In this document: positions 35,413-45,822 of the stretch, piece by piece
Numbering within the stretch: position 1 is the first letter of the stretch
How the letters are laid out: each line of letters begins with the position of its first letter
Origin: Nitrospirota bacterium
GTDB lineage: Bacteria; Nitrospirota; Thermodesulfovibrionia; Thermodesulfovibrionales; JdFR-86
DNA length: 64,000 nucleotides
Direction of reading: 5' to 3'
Assembly (NCBI GenBank): GCA_963721805.1
Contig: CAVRJY010000002.1
Coordinates: forward strand, 160,001 to 224,000
The notes under the pieces: model-generated
The model's input: the letters and a program-made list of their open reading frames with translations, nothing else
What the model was told of the DNA's origin: nothing
Database searches by the model: none
Program-made: the position numbers and the translations under genes

Positions 35413-36857
35413 TACTTCAGGTAATGCTCGGGGTGCCGTTCCTTGCGGCCATAGCGCTGGCCTTCATAGGCGACCGCAAATACGCCCCGGAGGTCAACAT
35501 AGGCTGCTCGGCCATATCGCTGGTCGTCTCGGTCATGATCGCTGTCCGCGTCTGGGACACCGGCCCTTTCATGAGCGAGGGGAAGTTTTTCTTTATCGAC
35601 CCCTTCAACGTGTACCTGGCGGTCCTGACCGCGTTCGTCTCGATGACGACCGCGATGTTCAGCCGCCGCTACATGCGGCGCGAGCGCGAGCACGGGCGCG
35701 TCGGCCACGTGGGCATGAGGTTCTACCACGCGATGTTCCAGCTCTTCATATTCGCGATGCTCCTGTGCCTGCTCACCAACAACATAGGCGTGCTCTGGAT
35801 AGCCATGGAGCTTGCCACGCTCTCAACCGTGCTGCTGGTCTCGCTCTACCGCACGCCCACCGCTATAGAGGCCGCGTGGAAGTATTTCATCCTCTGCGGC
35901 GTGGGCATAGCGCAGGCCCTGTTCGGGACGGTGCTGCTGTACTTCGCGGCCGAGAAGGTCCTGGGGGAGGGCGGCGACGCCCTGCTGTGGACGAACCTCT
36001 ATGCCGCGAGCGACAAGCTCGAGCCGACGATCCTCTCGCTCGCGTTCGTCTTCCTGATGGTCGGCTACGGGACGAAGGTCGGACTGGTGCCGCTGCATAA
36101 CTGGCTCCCCGACGCGCACAGCGAGGGCCCCACGCCCGTATCTGCCGTACTCTCTGGGCTCCTACTTAATGTCGCGCTCTACGCCCTCGTGCGCTGCAAG
36201 GTGCTCGTCGACGGCGCGACGCACTCCCACCAGGCCGGATACATAATGATGGGCTTCGGGATGCTGTCGATACTCGTGGCGGCATTTTCTTTGTTAAGGC
36301 AGAAGGATATAAAACGGCTGTTTTCGTATTCCTCGATCGAGCACATGGGGCTTGCGACGTTCGCCTTCGGGCTCGGAGGCAAGATCGCGACGTTCGGCGC
36401 GCTGCTGCACATGCTCATGCACAGCCTCGCCAAGTCCTCGATATTCTTCACCGTAGGGCATGCCTCGCAGATGCACTGGACCCAGCGGATCGACCGCATA
36501 CGCGGCCTCATACGCGGCAACCCGCTCGTGGGCTGGGGGCTGATCCTGGGGGTGATGGCGATCGTCGGGATGCCCCCGTTTGGGGTGTTCACGAGCGAGT
36601 TTCTGATCATCACGGCCACGATGAAGGACGCCCCGTACATGACGCCCTTTCTTTTATTGGGATTGGGGGTGGCGTTCGCCTCGCTGGTCGGAAAGGCGCA
36701 GGGCATGGTCGCCGGAGAGGTGCCGGAGTACCAAAAACCGCTCAAGGCCGCGCACGTGCCTGTGATCCTGCACATGGCTCTGGTGCTGCTGATAGGGCTG
36801 AAGATGCCGGACTTCCTTAACAAGTGGTTCGAGCTTGCGGCGGGGCTGCTGAAATGA
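35409..36857 (+). CDS. hyfF: HyfF-like membrane subunit
   Basis: EAAWKYFILC, GYGTKVGL.PLH.WLPDAHSE.P, KRLFSYSSIEHMG. Confidence 0.92.
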   Translation: MILQVMLGVPFLAAIALAFIGDRKYAPEVNIGCSAISLVVSVMIAVRVWDTGPFMSEGKFFFIDPFNVYLAVLTAFVSMTTAMFSRRYMRREREHGRVGHVGMRFYHAMFQLFIFAMLLCLLTNNIGVLWIAMELATLSTVLLVSLYRTPTAIEAAWKYFILCGVGIAQALFGTVLLYFAAEKVLGEGGDALLWTNLYAASDKLEPTILSLAFVFLMVGYGTKVGLVPLHNWLPDAHSEGPTPVSAVLSGLLLNVALYALVRCKVLVDGATHSHQAGYIMMGFGMLSILVAAFSLLRQKDIKRLFSYSSIEHMGLATFAFGLGGKIATFGALLHMLMHSLAKSSIFFTVGHASQMHWTQRIDRIRGLIRGNPLVGWGLILGVMAIVGMPPFGVFTSEFLIITATMKDAPYMTPFLLLGLGVAFASLVGKAQGMVAGEVPEYQKPLKAAHVPVILHMALVLLIGLKMPDFLNKWFELAAGLLK

Positions 36858-38429
36858 TCCAGCTCGCCAAGGCCATAGCGTTCAAGCTCGGGCGCGACGT
36901 CGAGTTCGACAACACTCTAAACCCGTCAAGCGTGGCGTATTGCTCGGTGCCGCTGGGGAGGTTCCCTGATGCGGCATACGAGATGAAGAAGGCCAACGCG
37001 CTTCTGGCCGGGGAGTGGGCGTCGGACGAGACGCCGTTCGGACGCGGTTTCGGCGTATACGCATGCTTTAGGTGGGGCGGCGAGTACCTGATCGTCCGTT
37101 GCTGATATCCCGAAGGGCGAGCGGACATTCCCTAGCATCACCGGGAGTTTTATCGCGGCTTACCGCTTCGAGCGCCAGATACACAGCCTGATGGGCCTGA
37201 TGCCGCTTGGACACCCGGACCTGAGGCCGTGGATAAAGTTCGAGGACTGGCCTGCCACCGCATGGCCGCTCAGGAAGGGCTTTGACGCTAAAACGAAAAT
37301 GCCGCGCGTCGAGGGCGAATACGCCTGGGCGCGCGCCGAAGGCGCCGGGGTGTACGAGATCCCTGTGGGGCCAGTGCATGCCGGGATAATCGAGCCCGGG
37401 CACTTCAGGTTCCAGGCCGTCGGAGAGACGATCTTAAATTTGGAAGAACGCCTGGGCTACGTGCACAAGGGGATCGAGAAAAGGTTCGAGTCGATGGGCT
37501 GGGCCGAGGGCGTGGCGCTTGCCGCGCGCGTCTCGGGCGATACGACCGTGGCGCACTCGACCGCGTATTCGATGGCCGTCGAGGCGCTCTGCGGATGCGG
37601 GGTGCCGGAGCGCGCGATGTGGCTTCGGGCGCTGATGCTCGAGCGCGAGCGCATAGCCAACCACCTGGGCGACATAGGCGCGATCTGCAACGACGTCGCG
37701 TTCGCGTTCGCGCTCTACCAGCTATCGATGCTCAGGGAGCTTGTGCTCAGGACAAACATGCGCCTCTTCGGCCACCGCTTCATGATGGACCGCGTCGTGC
37801 CCGGAGGCGTGACCACTGACCTGCCGGCCGACGGGGGCCGCGTGATAATGGAAGAACTCGAAGGGGTCTCGAAGGACTTCGAGCGTGTCGTCGCGGTTAT
37901 AGACGAAAACTCCTCGCTCGACGACCGCCTCAGGGATGCCGGGCTCCTGAGCGCCGAGCGTGCGCGCGAGCTCTCGCTCGTGGGCATCGCGGCGCGCGCA
38001 AGCGGGCTTAACGTCGATTGCCGCGTGTTCGCGCCCTACACTCCATATGACAAGGCCGATGTCCAGGTGCCGGTGCACGTAAGCGGGGACGTGCACGCGC
38101 GGGTCTGGGTGCGGATCTACGAGATACGTGAGTCCATGCGCATCATACGCTTCATACTCGATAACATGCCCTCAGGGCAGATACGCTCCGAAGGGCTTGC
38201 AGTCCCCGCGCCGGATACCTCGGGGTTCGCGGCGGTCGAGGGATGGCGCGGCGAGATCATCTACTGGGTGCAGGCCGGGCCGAACGGAGAGCCCAACCGC
38301 GTGATGCCCCGCGACCCCTCGAGCCTGAACTGGATCGCGCTGGAGCAGTGCGTACCCGGCAACATCGTCCCGGACTTCCCGGTCTGCAACAAGAGCTTCA
38401 ACCAATCCTACTCGGGGCATGACTTATGA
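36854..38429 (+). pseudogene. HyfG/NuoCD-like large subunit without Ni ligands (Ehr type); one +1 frameshift near 37100
   Basis: Removing one T at ~37100 joins 36854.. to RADIPKGERTFPSITGSFIAAYRFERQIHSLMG; GPVHAGIIEPGHFRF, GYVHKGIEK; RVSGD replaces RxCxxC and DFPVCNKSFNQSYSGHDL replaces DPCxxC. Confidence 0.88.
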
Positions 38430-38938
38430 TCAGGATATTCAGACAGATACTGCGCACCGGGATAGTGACCGAGCCGCTAGCCGAAGACGGGGGCGAGCTC
38501 ATCGAGGTGTGCACCGAGCTCGAGGCCGGGATCAAGAAGGTCTTCCGCGGCAGCCTCACGATCAGGGAGGTCGACGCCGGGTCCTGTAACGGCTGCGAAC
38601 TCGAGATCCATGCGGTGAACAATTCGTTCTACAACTGCGAGCGCTACGGCGTGCACTTCACCGCCTCGCCGCGCTTCGCTGACATGCTGCTCGTCACAGG
38701 CCCGGTCACAAGGAACATGGAGATCGCGCTTAAGCGCACGTACGACTCCACTCCCACGCCGAGGCTCGTCGTCGCTACGGGCGACTGCGGCTGCAACGGC
38801 GGCGTCTTCGGAGAGAGCTACGCCTCGCTCGGCGCGGTGAGCAACGTCATTCCCGTCGACGTCCTGGTCCCCGGCTGCCCGCCCACGCCGACCGCGATAC
38901 TCAAGGGCATCCTCGCGGCCGTAAACACCCGGCGCTGA
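38426..38938 (+). CDS. HyfI/NuoB-like Fe-S small subunit
   Basis: DAGSCNGCELEI, ASPR.AD.LLVTGPV, GDC, PVD..VPGCPP.P. Confidence 0.9.
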   Translation: MIRIFRQILRTGIVTEPLAEDGGELIEVCTELEAGIKKVFRGSLTIREVDAGSCNGCELEIHAVNNSFYNCERYGVHFTASPRFADMLLVTGPVTRNMEIALKRTYDSTPTPRLVVATGDCGCNGGVFGESYASLGAVSNVIPVDVLVPGCPPTPTAILKGILAAVNTRR

Positions 38939-38946
38939 GCCCCGGA

Positions 38947-40164
38947 TTGGGGGCCAAGCTCCATTACGGATGGGTCGTCGCGGCCGCGGGCTCGCTTGCG
39001 GTCTTCGCTTGCCTCGGCCTCGGCAGGTTCGCCCTCGGGATGCTGCTGCCCTCCATGTCAGGCCCGCTCGGGCTCAGCTACTCCCAGATGGGCTTCATCG
39101 GCACCGCTAACTTCGCAGGCTACCTCCTCTCGGTCGGCATCGCCGGCAATCTGTCAATGCGCTTCGGCGCGCGAAGGCTGATCTCGGCCTCGCTCGTGCT
39201 AGTCGGCATATCGATGCTGCTGGTCAGCCGCTCTGACGGGTTCGTACAGATCATGCTCCTTTATTTCATCACCGGAGTTGGCAGCGGCGGGGCCAACATC
39301 CCGATGCTCGGCCTCGTCTCGGCCTGGTTTTCGCGCGCCAGGCGGGGCAGGGCCGCGGGGTTCATCGTGATCGGCAGCGGATTTGCGATCATCGCCACCG
39401 GCCCGCTCATACCGTTCATCAACTCACAGCCCTCCCTCGGCGGCTGGCGCACGAGCTGGATGGTGCTCGGCCTCGCGGTCCTCGTATCGGCCGCGATATG
39501 CTATGCGCTGCTCAGAGACAGCCCGGCCGAGCTGGGGCTCGAACCCGCCGGGGCCGGGCTCTCGCCTCCACGAGTGATGCCCGCCGGCAATGCCGTGGAG
39601 CCCCTTCACCGCCTGGGGATCATCTACCACCTCGGCGCGGTCTACTTCCTGTTCGGGTACACCTATGTGATATACGCCACGTTCGTCGTGACCTCGCTCG
39701 TGAAAGAGCGCGGATACACCGAGGCCGCCGCCGGCCGCCTCTGGTCGCTGGTCGGCCTCGTGAGCTTGCTATCGGGGCCGCTCTTCGGCGCTCTCTCGGA
39801 CCACATTGGCAGGCGCATGGGCCTCGCCCTGGTCTTCGTGCTTCAGGCCGCGTCCTATGCGCTGATGGCCACCGGGCTTCCGGGGCTGCCGCTGTATCTC
39901 TCGATATCGTGCTACGGTATAGCCATGTGGAGCATACCCTCGATCATGGCCGCCGCGGTCGGCGACTACGTCGGCGCGATGCGCGCGCCGCAGGCCTTCG
40001 GGCTGATTACGGCGTTCTTCGCCGCCGGGCAGATATCCGGGCCCGCGATAGCCGGGATGGTCGCCGAGGCCTCGGGAGGGTTCTCCTCCAGCTTCGCGAT
40101 GGCCGCTGTCATGGCAACGCTCGCGATCGCGCTGTCGCTCGCGCTCAGGAGGCCGGCTCACTGA
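38947..40164 (+). CDS. MFS transporter (YbfB/YjiJ-like)
   Basis: GLGRFA..MLLP.M, ANFAGYL, YVIYATF, G.LSD.IGRR, GQI.GP; about 12 TM segments. Confidence 0.88.
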   Translation: MGAKLHYGWVVAAAGSLAVFACLGLGRFALGMLLPSMSGPLGLSYSQMGFIGTANFAGYLLSVGIAGNLSMRFGARRLISASLVLVGISMLLVSRSDGFVQIMLLYFITGVGSGGANIPMLGLVSAWFSRARRGRAAGFIVIGSGFAIIATGPLIPFINSQPSLGGWRTSWMVLGLAVLVSAAICYALLRDSPAELGLEPAGAGLSPPRVMPAGNAVEPLHRLGIIYHLGAVYFLFGYTYVIYATFVVTSLVKERGYTEAAAGRLWSLVGLVSLLSGPLFGALSDHIGRRMGLALVFVLQAASYALMATGLPGLPLYLSISCYGIAMWSIPSIMAAAVGDYVGAMRAPQAFGLITAFFAAGQISGPAIAGMVAEASGGFSSSFAMAAVMATLAIALSLALRRPAH

Positions 40165-40508
40165 TGACCCGCCACCGACGCCCCCGCCCGGCCGAGCCCC
40201 CGGTGCCCGATGAGCGGCGCATGACCGTGCGGCGCGAGATCACGGAGCTGCTCGGGCGCGGCGCGTTCACCACGCGGCAGATCTCGCTTGAGCTCCGCGT
40301 GCCGGAGCGCGAGGTCGAGGACCACCTGCTGCACATACGCCGCACGCTCGGCCACGGCCGCGCGCGGTTTGAGGTCACGCCTTCGGAGTGCGAGGACTGC
40401 GGGTTCGTATTTACGAAGCGCGAGCGCCTCTCGATGCCGGGCCGCTGCCCTTCCTGCGGCGGGACGCGCATCACCGGGCCTGCGTTTAGCATCCGCGCAA
40501 TCGAATAA
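40164..40508 (+). CDS. Winged-HTH plus zinc-ribbon putative transcriptional regulator (COG3357-like)
   Basis: TVRREITELL...EREV.DHL.HI.RT, P.ECEDCGFVF..R.RL..PGRCPSC; ATG overlaps the MFS stop. Confidence 0.8.
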   Translation: MTRHRRPRPAEPPVPDERRMTVRREITELLGRGAFTTRQISLELRVPEREVEDHLLHIRRTLGHGRARFEVTPSECEDCGFVFTKRERLSMPGRCPSCGGTRITGPAFSIRAIE

Positions 40509-40546
40509 TATCTATACGTTTTATCCATAAACGTTTATAATAGGCG

Positions 40547-42454
40547 ATGCCATTAAACAGACGCTCCGATTGCCGTTTTGAGGTCAGGCACATCGGGCTC
40601 CCGCAGGAATGGGAGATCGTGGAGTTGTCGCGCGCGGGTGCGCTGATCGTAAACCGCGCGGCTGAGTTCGCCGAGCCCCCCGAGCCGTTTGCAGTGCAGA
40701 TAGGCCCGCTTGTGCTGCAGGCCCGCCCGATATGGGTCAGGGGCGCCGAGATGGGCGTGGCCTTCACCCCCGGCATCGAGGACGTCAAGGTCCCGAGGAT
40801 CTTCGCCTTGCGGCCGCACGACGAGAGCTTCCCCGCCATGATACAGATACCGGCCGACGAGTTCTCGAAGTACAGCGCCGAGGACACGATCTGCACGCTC
40901 GTAAACTTCATGGTCGAACTCGACAGCCCCTCTACGGACATCAACAAGCTCAAGAGCTTCATCGAGCAGATCGGCGAGCTGGGCTCCGGCGATGACGCCG
41001 CCGCTGCCGAGCCGCCACAGGCCGAACCGCCGGAGGGCAAGCCAAAGCCCCTGCCGCCGAGTTCGAGGCTGCTCAAGCAGGTGCTGATGGACAAGGCCTG
41101 CGAGGGCGGCCGCTGCGAGGGCGTAAACGAGGTCAACATAGATTTCGCGATCTCCCTCCTTGGGCTCGAGCAGCTGAAGTCCGTCACGCGCGGCTTCGCG
41201 CAGAAGAAGCTCGCGCAGGTCAGCTCCTCGATGAAGAGCTTTAAAAGCTACAGCGCGTACACGACGCTCAAGACCGTGCTCTTTAACCGCATCTCGCAGC
41301 TCTTCGGCTACCAGGACCCGGATGGCGAGGGGGCCTCGATACTCCAGTTCGAGACCGCCGGGATCGAGGCCCTGATCAACCGTTCCAGCGGCGTACTCGA
41401 TGCCTACTACACCTCGGCCACGCGCGTCTACAGCAACATGTCGCGCCGGTACGAGCGCGCCCTGTTCGGCAAGGACCTCATCGAGGTCAACCGGCACTTC
41501 TTCGATAACCTCGGCGAGTTCGACGCGATGTACGGCGGGTACGTCATGGCCCACCAGGCCCTGAACATGCAATACCTGCCATCGCCCGAGCTGAAGATCA
41601 CGATCAACAAGGACGCTCTTAATTTCTCGCTCGTCGCTCACATGACCTTCCTGGGCCTGAAGTTCGCTATGGACCGCGACCGCGTCTCGGGGCTCATCCT
41701 GATACAGAAGCTCATGGGCCGCGGCCTGAACTCCACCAAGGCCGGCGACTTCGTCAACGACTGCGTGAGCGAGGCCAACAAGGTGCTCGACGACTTCGGG
41801 ATGAAGGGCAAGATAGGCGTGGCCTCACCCCCGCCGAAGTCCTCGATAGTGCTCAAGTACCTCCCGGAGACCCCGAGGTACAAGCACATTATAGACACCT
41901 TCCGGAACTTCGAGCAGTCGCAGAGCCGGCGGCTCGCGCTCCGGTACGAGGACTCCTCATACGCGCACTTCATTCTCAGGCGGCTCATAAACGACCCCGA
42001 CTGCCTGCTGAGCCGCCGCGCGAGCTGCGTGGTGCCCTGCGCCAACCTCTCGGAGCGGCCGCTGTACCTCGACGACTTCTCGAACTTCGACCTGCTGATA
42101 TTCAAGGACATCGACCGCCTGCCATCAAACCACGTGCGCGACTTCATCAGGATATGGAACTCCTTCGAGGGCTCGATAGTCGTGACGTTCGACAAGTTCA
42201 GCTTCATCGACTACACGCTCAGGCCGCTCTATACGATCCTCAAGGACAACGTGGTGGACTTCCCCTCGTATTTCGCCGAGGACGAGACTTACAGGCGCAT
42301 GGTCGGGCACACGCTTGAGTGTCTCGTACCGTATCTGGGCGGGAAGGCCCCGGAGTATGCGGCGCCAGATAATGGCCAGGGGCTGTTTCTTGACCGGGTA
42401 TATACGATGGACTATATCTTCTCGCGCACGTTCCTCACGAAAGAGATTATCTAG
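40547..42454 (+). CDS. Hypothetical protein with PilZ-like N-terminus and a degenerate HDOD-like region
   Basis: 635-aa ORF with host-like codon usage; RRSDCR and ELSRAG resemble PilZ motifs; AISLLGL..LK resembles an HDOD helix. Confidence 0.65.
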   Translation: MPLNRRSDCRFEVRHIGLPQEWEIVELSRAGALIVNRAAEFAEPPEPFAVQIGPLVLQARPIWVRGAEMGVAFTPGIEDVKVPRIFALRPHDESFPAMIQIPADEFSKYSAEDTICTLVNFMVELDSPSTDINKLKSFIEQIGELGSGDDAAAAEPPQAEPPEGKPKPLPPSSRLLKQVLMDKACEGGRCEGVNEVNIDFAISLLGLEQLKSVTRGFAQKKLAQVSSSMKSFKSYSAYTTLKTVLFNRISQLFGYQDPDGEGASILQFETAGIEALINRSSGVLDAYYTSATRVYSNMSRRYERALFGKDLIEVNRHFFDNLGEFDAMYGGYVMAHQALNMQYLPSPELKITINKDALNFSLVAHMTFLGLKFAMDRDRVSGLILIQKLMGRGLNSTKAGDFVNDCVSEANKVLDDFGMKGKIGVASPPPKSSIVLKYLPETPRYKHIIDTFRNFEQSQSRRLALRYEDSSYAHFILRRLINDPDCLLSRRASCVVPCANLSERPLYLDDFSNFDLLIFKDIDRLPSNHVRDFIRIWNSFEGSIVVTFDKFSFIDYTLRPLYTILKDNVVDFPSYFAEDETYRRMVGHTLECLVPYLGGKAPEYAAPDNGQGLFLDRVYTMDYIFSRTFLTKEII

Positions 42455-42476
42455 GCCGCTTCCGAGCGTCTTTCTT

Positions 42477-42652
42477 CAAAGCGCTCCAAATCGCTTGATA
42501 CTGCGTTGGGCATTCAAAGACTCGCCCTCTATGTACGTCCCAGTACACCATCGGGCGGTCTTCTCGCCCTGCCTTGTCTGAAGACGATTTGGGCGCGCTT
42601 TCGGGGGGCACGGACGAAGGACGCCCCCCGCGCCCCACGAGGTCAAAGGCAT
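42477..42652 (-). repeat. Palindromic intergenic element family A, copy 4
   Basis: Near-identical to the reverse complement of 50658-50833; ends in GTCAAAGGCAT. Confidence 0.9.
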
Positions 42653-43054
42653 GTTCTGATGTCCGCGCTTAGGTATAGTTACGCATTCCGCGCGCATGCG
42701 CGCGCGTTTTTGCAGTTTTTGTTCGGATGCTGGGCGTAAAAACGCGGCTAACTTCCTGAAAAACCTCATTAGTTTGTCAGCCCAATGTTCGGATGTTCGG
42801 ATAAAAACCGCGCTTTTTGGCCCATTATCCGAACAAGCTATCCGGCCTCCCGCTGCCTCTGTCCAGCCCGTTAAACATGACGCTATCATGCTCATGCCAC
42901 CACTATACACCAAAGAATGCCAAACTTTGGTTTATATATAAACCTAAGTTGATAGGAAAAATTAGGGGCCATGCGTTTTCTACTAACTTACGATTAACTA
43001 TAGTTAGTTATTTATGCTAACATGCAAATAGTTTTAATTATTGGAGGGTAATAA

Positions 43055-44191
43055 ATGAGCAAGACTGTTTTTATATTAGGTGCGGGCTTTTCGGCTCCGG
43101 CAGGTATTCCGGTGCAGGACAAAATAATGACTGCTGTTCCACAATCCGTGCGTGATAGGAAATATTTTAATCATGTCACCAAATATTATTCTGATATTTT
43201 CAGGATTGAAAAAATCACAGATTATGGGAAGATTCCGCTTGAAGATATATTTACATTTTTTGATCGCGCTATTGCAAATGGGGAAGATACTAATGCTTTT
43301 TCCTATCGCGACACAATACAGATTCAAAGAGCCTTTAGAAAGACAATCGCTATGGTTATCTACAATAGCATGCGCTTATTTGTTGAAGATGAATCAAAAG
43401 GCGATATTAGAAATGCATACAGCGATTTTTTTAGTGAAGTGGTAGCGAAAAGGATTGAAAACAATGCAAATGACTATGACCCGCTAGCTATATTAAGTAC
43501 AAACTGGGACACATTGCCTGAATATTTCATCCAACTGATAGAAAAGAAGTTAAAAAGGAAAATAATGTTTGACTATTGTTGTTATGATTATGACTATTTC
43601 GAGAGGAAGGAGAAACATACACCATCAATTCATCTGAAGGCTAAAGGTTTTTATAATATTAAAATACATAAATTGCATGGCTCTCTGAACTGGAGCTATT
43701 GCTCTAATTGCGGAAGGTTGTGGCTGAAGCTTCGCAGTAAGTTCCCTCCTGTATTCTTCGAGAAACAGGCAAACAATTGTCATAATTGTGAAAACGTGCG
43801 GTTACGTCGGTTATTAATAATGCCGACGATGCTTAAAGATATAAATAACACCCATCTAAAAATGGTTTGGCATAATGCCCTGATGGATCTTCAAGAAGCA
43901 GAGAGAATATTTTTCATCGGTTATTCCTTTCCTCTTGCTGATTTTGAATTCAGGTATATGCTTGCCAAAGCTATCGCAGGTGGAAAACGAAAAAAAGTTC
44001 GTGCAATATTATATCCGCCAGATAAGGCTCAAGGTCATTTTCTGAGACTGGGTGATTATAAGAAAGCGCTCATGATAAGGGATGATACAGCAGAGCGATA
44101 TTGTAACTTTTTTGGTGGGCATGATTTTCAGTGTAAATATATGGATGTAATAGATGTTATGAAAAAACCTGATATTATCTGGGATTGGTGA
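43055..44191 (+). CDS. SIR2-like (SIR2_2) domain protein, AT-rich
   Basis: VFILGAGFS..AGIP, STNWD, KLHGSLNW, CSNC...CHNC, IMPT..K, FIGYSFP..D; GGAGG RBS. Confidence 0.85.
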   Translation: MSKTVFILGAGFSAPAGIPVQDKIMTAVPQSVRDRKYFNHVTKYYSDIFRIEKITDYGKIPLEDIFTFFDRAIANGEDTNAFSYRDTIQIQRAFRKTIAMVIYNSMRLFVEDESKGDIRNAYSDFFSEVVAKRIENNANDYDPLAILSTNWDTLPEYFIQLIEKKLKRKIMFDYCCYDYDYFERKEKHTPSIHLKAKGFYNIKIHKLHGSLNWSYCSNCGRLWLKLRSKFPPVFFEKQANNCHNCENVRLRRLLIMPTMLKDINNTHLKMVWHNALMDLQEAERIFFIGYSFPLADFEFRYMLAKAIAGGKRKKVRAILYPPDKAQGHFLRLGDYKKALMIRDDTAERYCNFFGGHDFQCKYMDVIDVMKKPDIIWDW

Positions 44192-44216
44192 TAAGAATCG
44201 TGGAGTTTAAGCTCGA

Positions 44217-45236
44217 CTAAAACAAGCTCTGCGGTATCTTGATGCCGAGATGTTCGTACGCCCCGCGCGTTGCCATGCGGCCGCGTGGCGTGCGTTCTAT
44301 CATCCCTACCTGAAGCAGAAACGGCTCGCAGACGTCTTCCAAGGTATCGCGCTCCTCGCTCAGGGATGCGGCCAAGGTCTCAATACCGACCGGCCCGCCG
44401 CCGAACTTCTCGATCATGCATCTTAAGAACTGCCGGTCGAGGTCGTCGAGTCCCAAGTGGTCGATCTCGAGCGACTTAAGCGAGCTTTGTGCCATCTTTA
44501 TGTCGATGGACCCGTCGCCGAGCACCTCGGCGAAGTCGCGTACGCGCCTCAGGAGCCGGTTTGCTATGCGCGGCGTGCCGCGCGACCGGCCTGCTATCTC
44601 AAGCGCCGCGTCCGGCGTAATCTTCGTTCCCAGTATCGCGGCCGATCTGATTACGACCCGCTTCAGTTCCTCCGGAGAGTAGAACTCAAGGCGGCTTACC
44701 ACCCCGAAGCGCGCACGCAACGGAGAGGTCATCAGGCCCGTTCTGGTCGTCGCGCCGATCAATGTAAACCTCGGAAGGTTGAGCTTGAGGCTCCGGGCGT
44801 TCGGCCCTTGGCCTATGATGATATCTAGCTGGTAGTCCTCCATCGCGGGGTAGAGCACCTCCTCGACGACGCGCGAGAGGCGGTGTATCTCGTCGATGAA
44901 CAGGATGTCGAACTCCTGCAAGTTCGTGAGTATCGCGGCAAGGTCGCCCTGCCGCTCGATCACCGGGCCGGAGGTCGACCGGATGTTGACGTTGAGTTCC
45001 GAGGCTATGATGTGCGCGAGCGTGGTCTTCCCCAGGCCCGGAGGGCCATAGAAAAGGACGTGGTCTAGCGCCTCTTTGCGCTTCGCCGCGGCCTGCAGGA
45101 ATACGCGCAAGTTTTCCTTGAGCTTGCCCTGCCCTACGAACTCCTCGAAGCTCCGGGGCCGGAGGCTGAGTTCCAGCGCCGAGTCCTCGCCCTTAAGCTC
45201 GGGGGCTACGGGGCTGTCGTCTTCGCGCCTAGCCAA
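44217..45236 (-). CDS. ruvB: Holliday junction branch migration helicase RuvB
   Basis: [49 protein letters not shown]. Confidence 0.98.
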   Translation of the reverse strand: MARREDDSPVAPELKGEDSALELSLRPRSFEEFVGQGKLKENLRVFLQAAAKRKEALDHVLFYGPPGLGKTTLAHIIASELNVNIRSTSGPVIERQGDLAAILTNLQEFDILFIDEIHRLSRVVEEVLYPAMEDYQLDIIIGQGPNARSLKLNLPRFTLIGATTRTGLMTSPLRARFGVVSRLEFYSPEELKRVVIRSAAILGTKITPDAALEIAGRSRGTPRIANRLLRRVRDFAEVLGDGSIDIKMAQSSLKSLEIDHLGLDDLDRQFLRCMIEKFGGGPVGIETLAASLSEERDTLEDVCEPFLLQVGMIERTPRGRMATRGAYEHLGIKIPQSLF

Positions 45237-45822
45237 GCTGCGACCCGCCGGTGAGGTGCTTGAGGGTTTCCTTAATCAGCGCCTCAACCGTATCCTCGGC
45301 GCGGCCGCGCACGGCCTCGAGGGCCTCGATAGCCTCGGCCTTCTTATACCCGAGGTTAACGAGCGCGGAGAGGGCGTCCTCGTATGCGCTGCCGTATTGG
45401 GTCGGGCTTGCTGACTCATCCGTCGGGAGCTTGCCCTTCATCTCAAGCACGATGCGCTGGGCGGTCTTCTTCCCCAGGCCCGGCACCTTGGCGAGCGCCG
45501 CGGCGTCCCCGGCCTCTACGGTGCGGACGAAGGCCTCGACCGACATAGATGAGATCACGTTCATCGCGACCTTCGGGCCGATGCCGGATATCGCGGTGAG
45601 GGCCAGGAACATGCGCTTCTGTTCCTCGTCTACGAAGCCGAAGAGCTGTAGCGCGTCCTCGCGCACGTGGGTGTGGATGAACAGGAAGACCTCGCGGCCC
45701 TCGGGGGGGAGCGAGGCGAGCGTCCCGGTAGGTACGGTGACCAGATATCCGACGCCGCCGGCCTCGACGAGCACGCCCTGCGGGGACTTGTGCGTAAGCC
45801 TTCCCCGCAGAGAGCCGATCAC
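45229..45822 (-). CDS. ruvA: Holliday junction DNA-binding protein RuvA
   Basis: [39 protein letters not shown]. Confidence 0.97.
   Translation of the reverse strand: MIGSLRGRLTHKSPQGVLVEAGGVGYLVTVPTGTLASLPPEGREVFLFIHTHVREDALQLFGFVDEEQKRMFLALTAISGIGPKVAMNVISSMSVEAFVRTVEAGDAAALAKVPGLGKKTAQRIVLEMKGKLPTDESASPTQYGSAYEDALSALVNLGYKKAEAIEALEAVRGRAEDTVEALIKETLKHLTGGSQLG

Noticed and set aside
31732..38938. Functional hydrogenase-4 / formate hydrogenlyase
   Set aside because: The large subunit lacks both Ni-binding CxxC motifs
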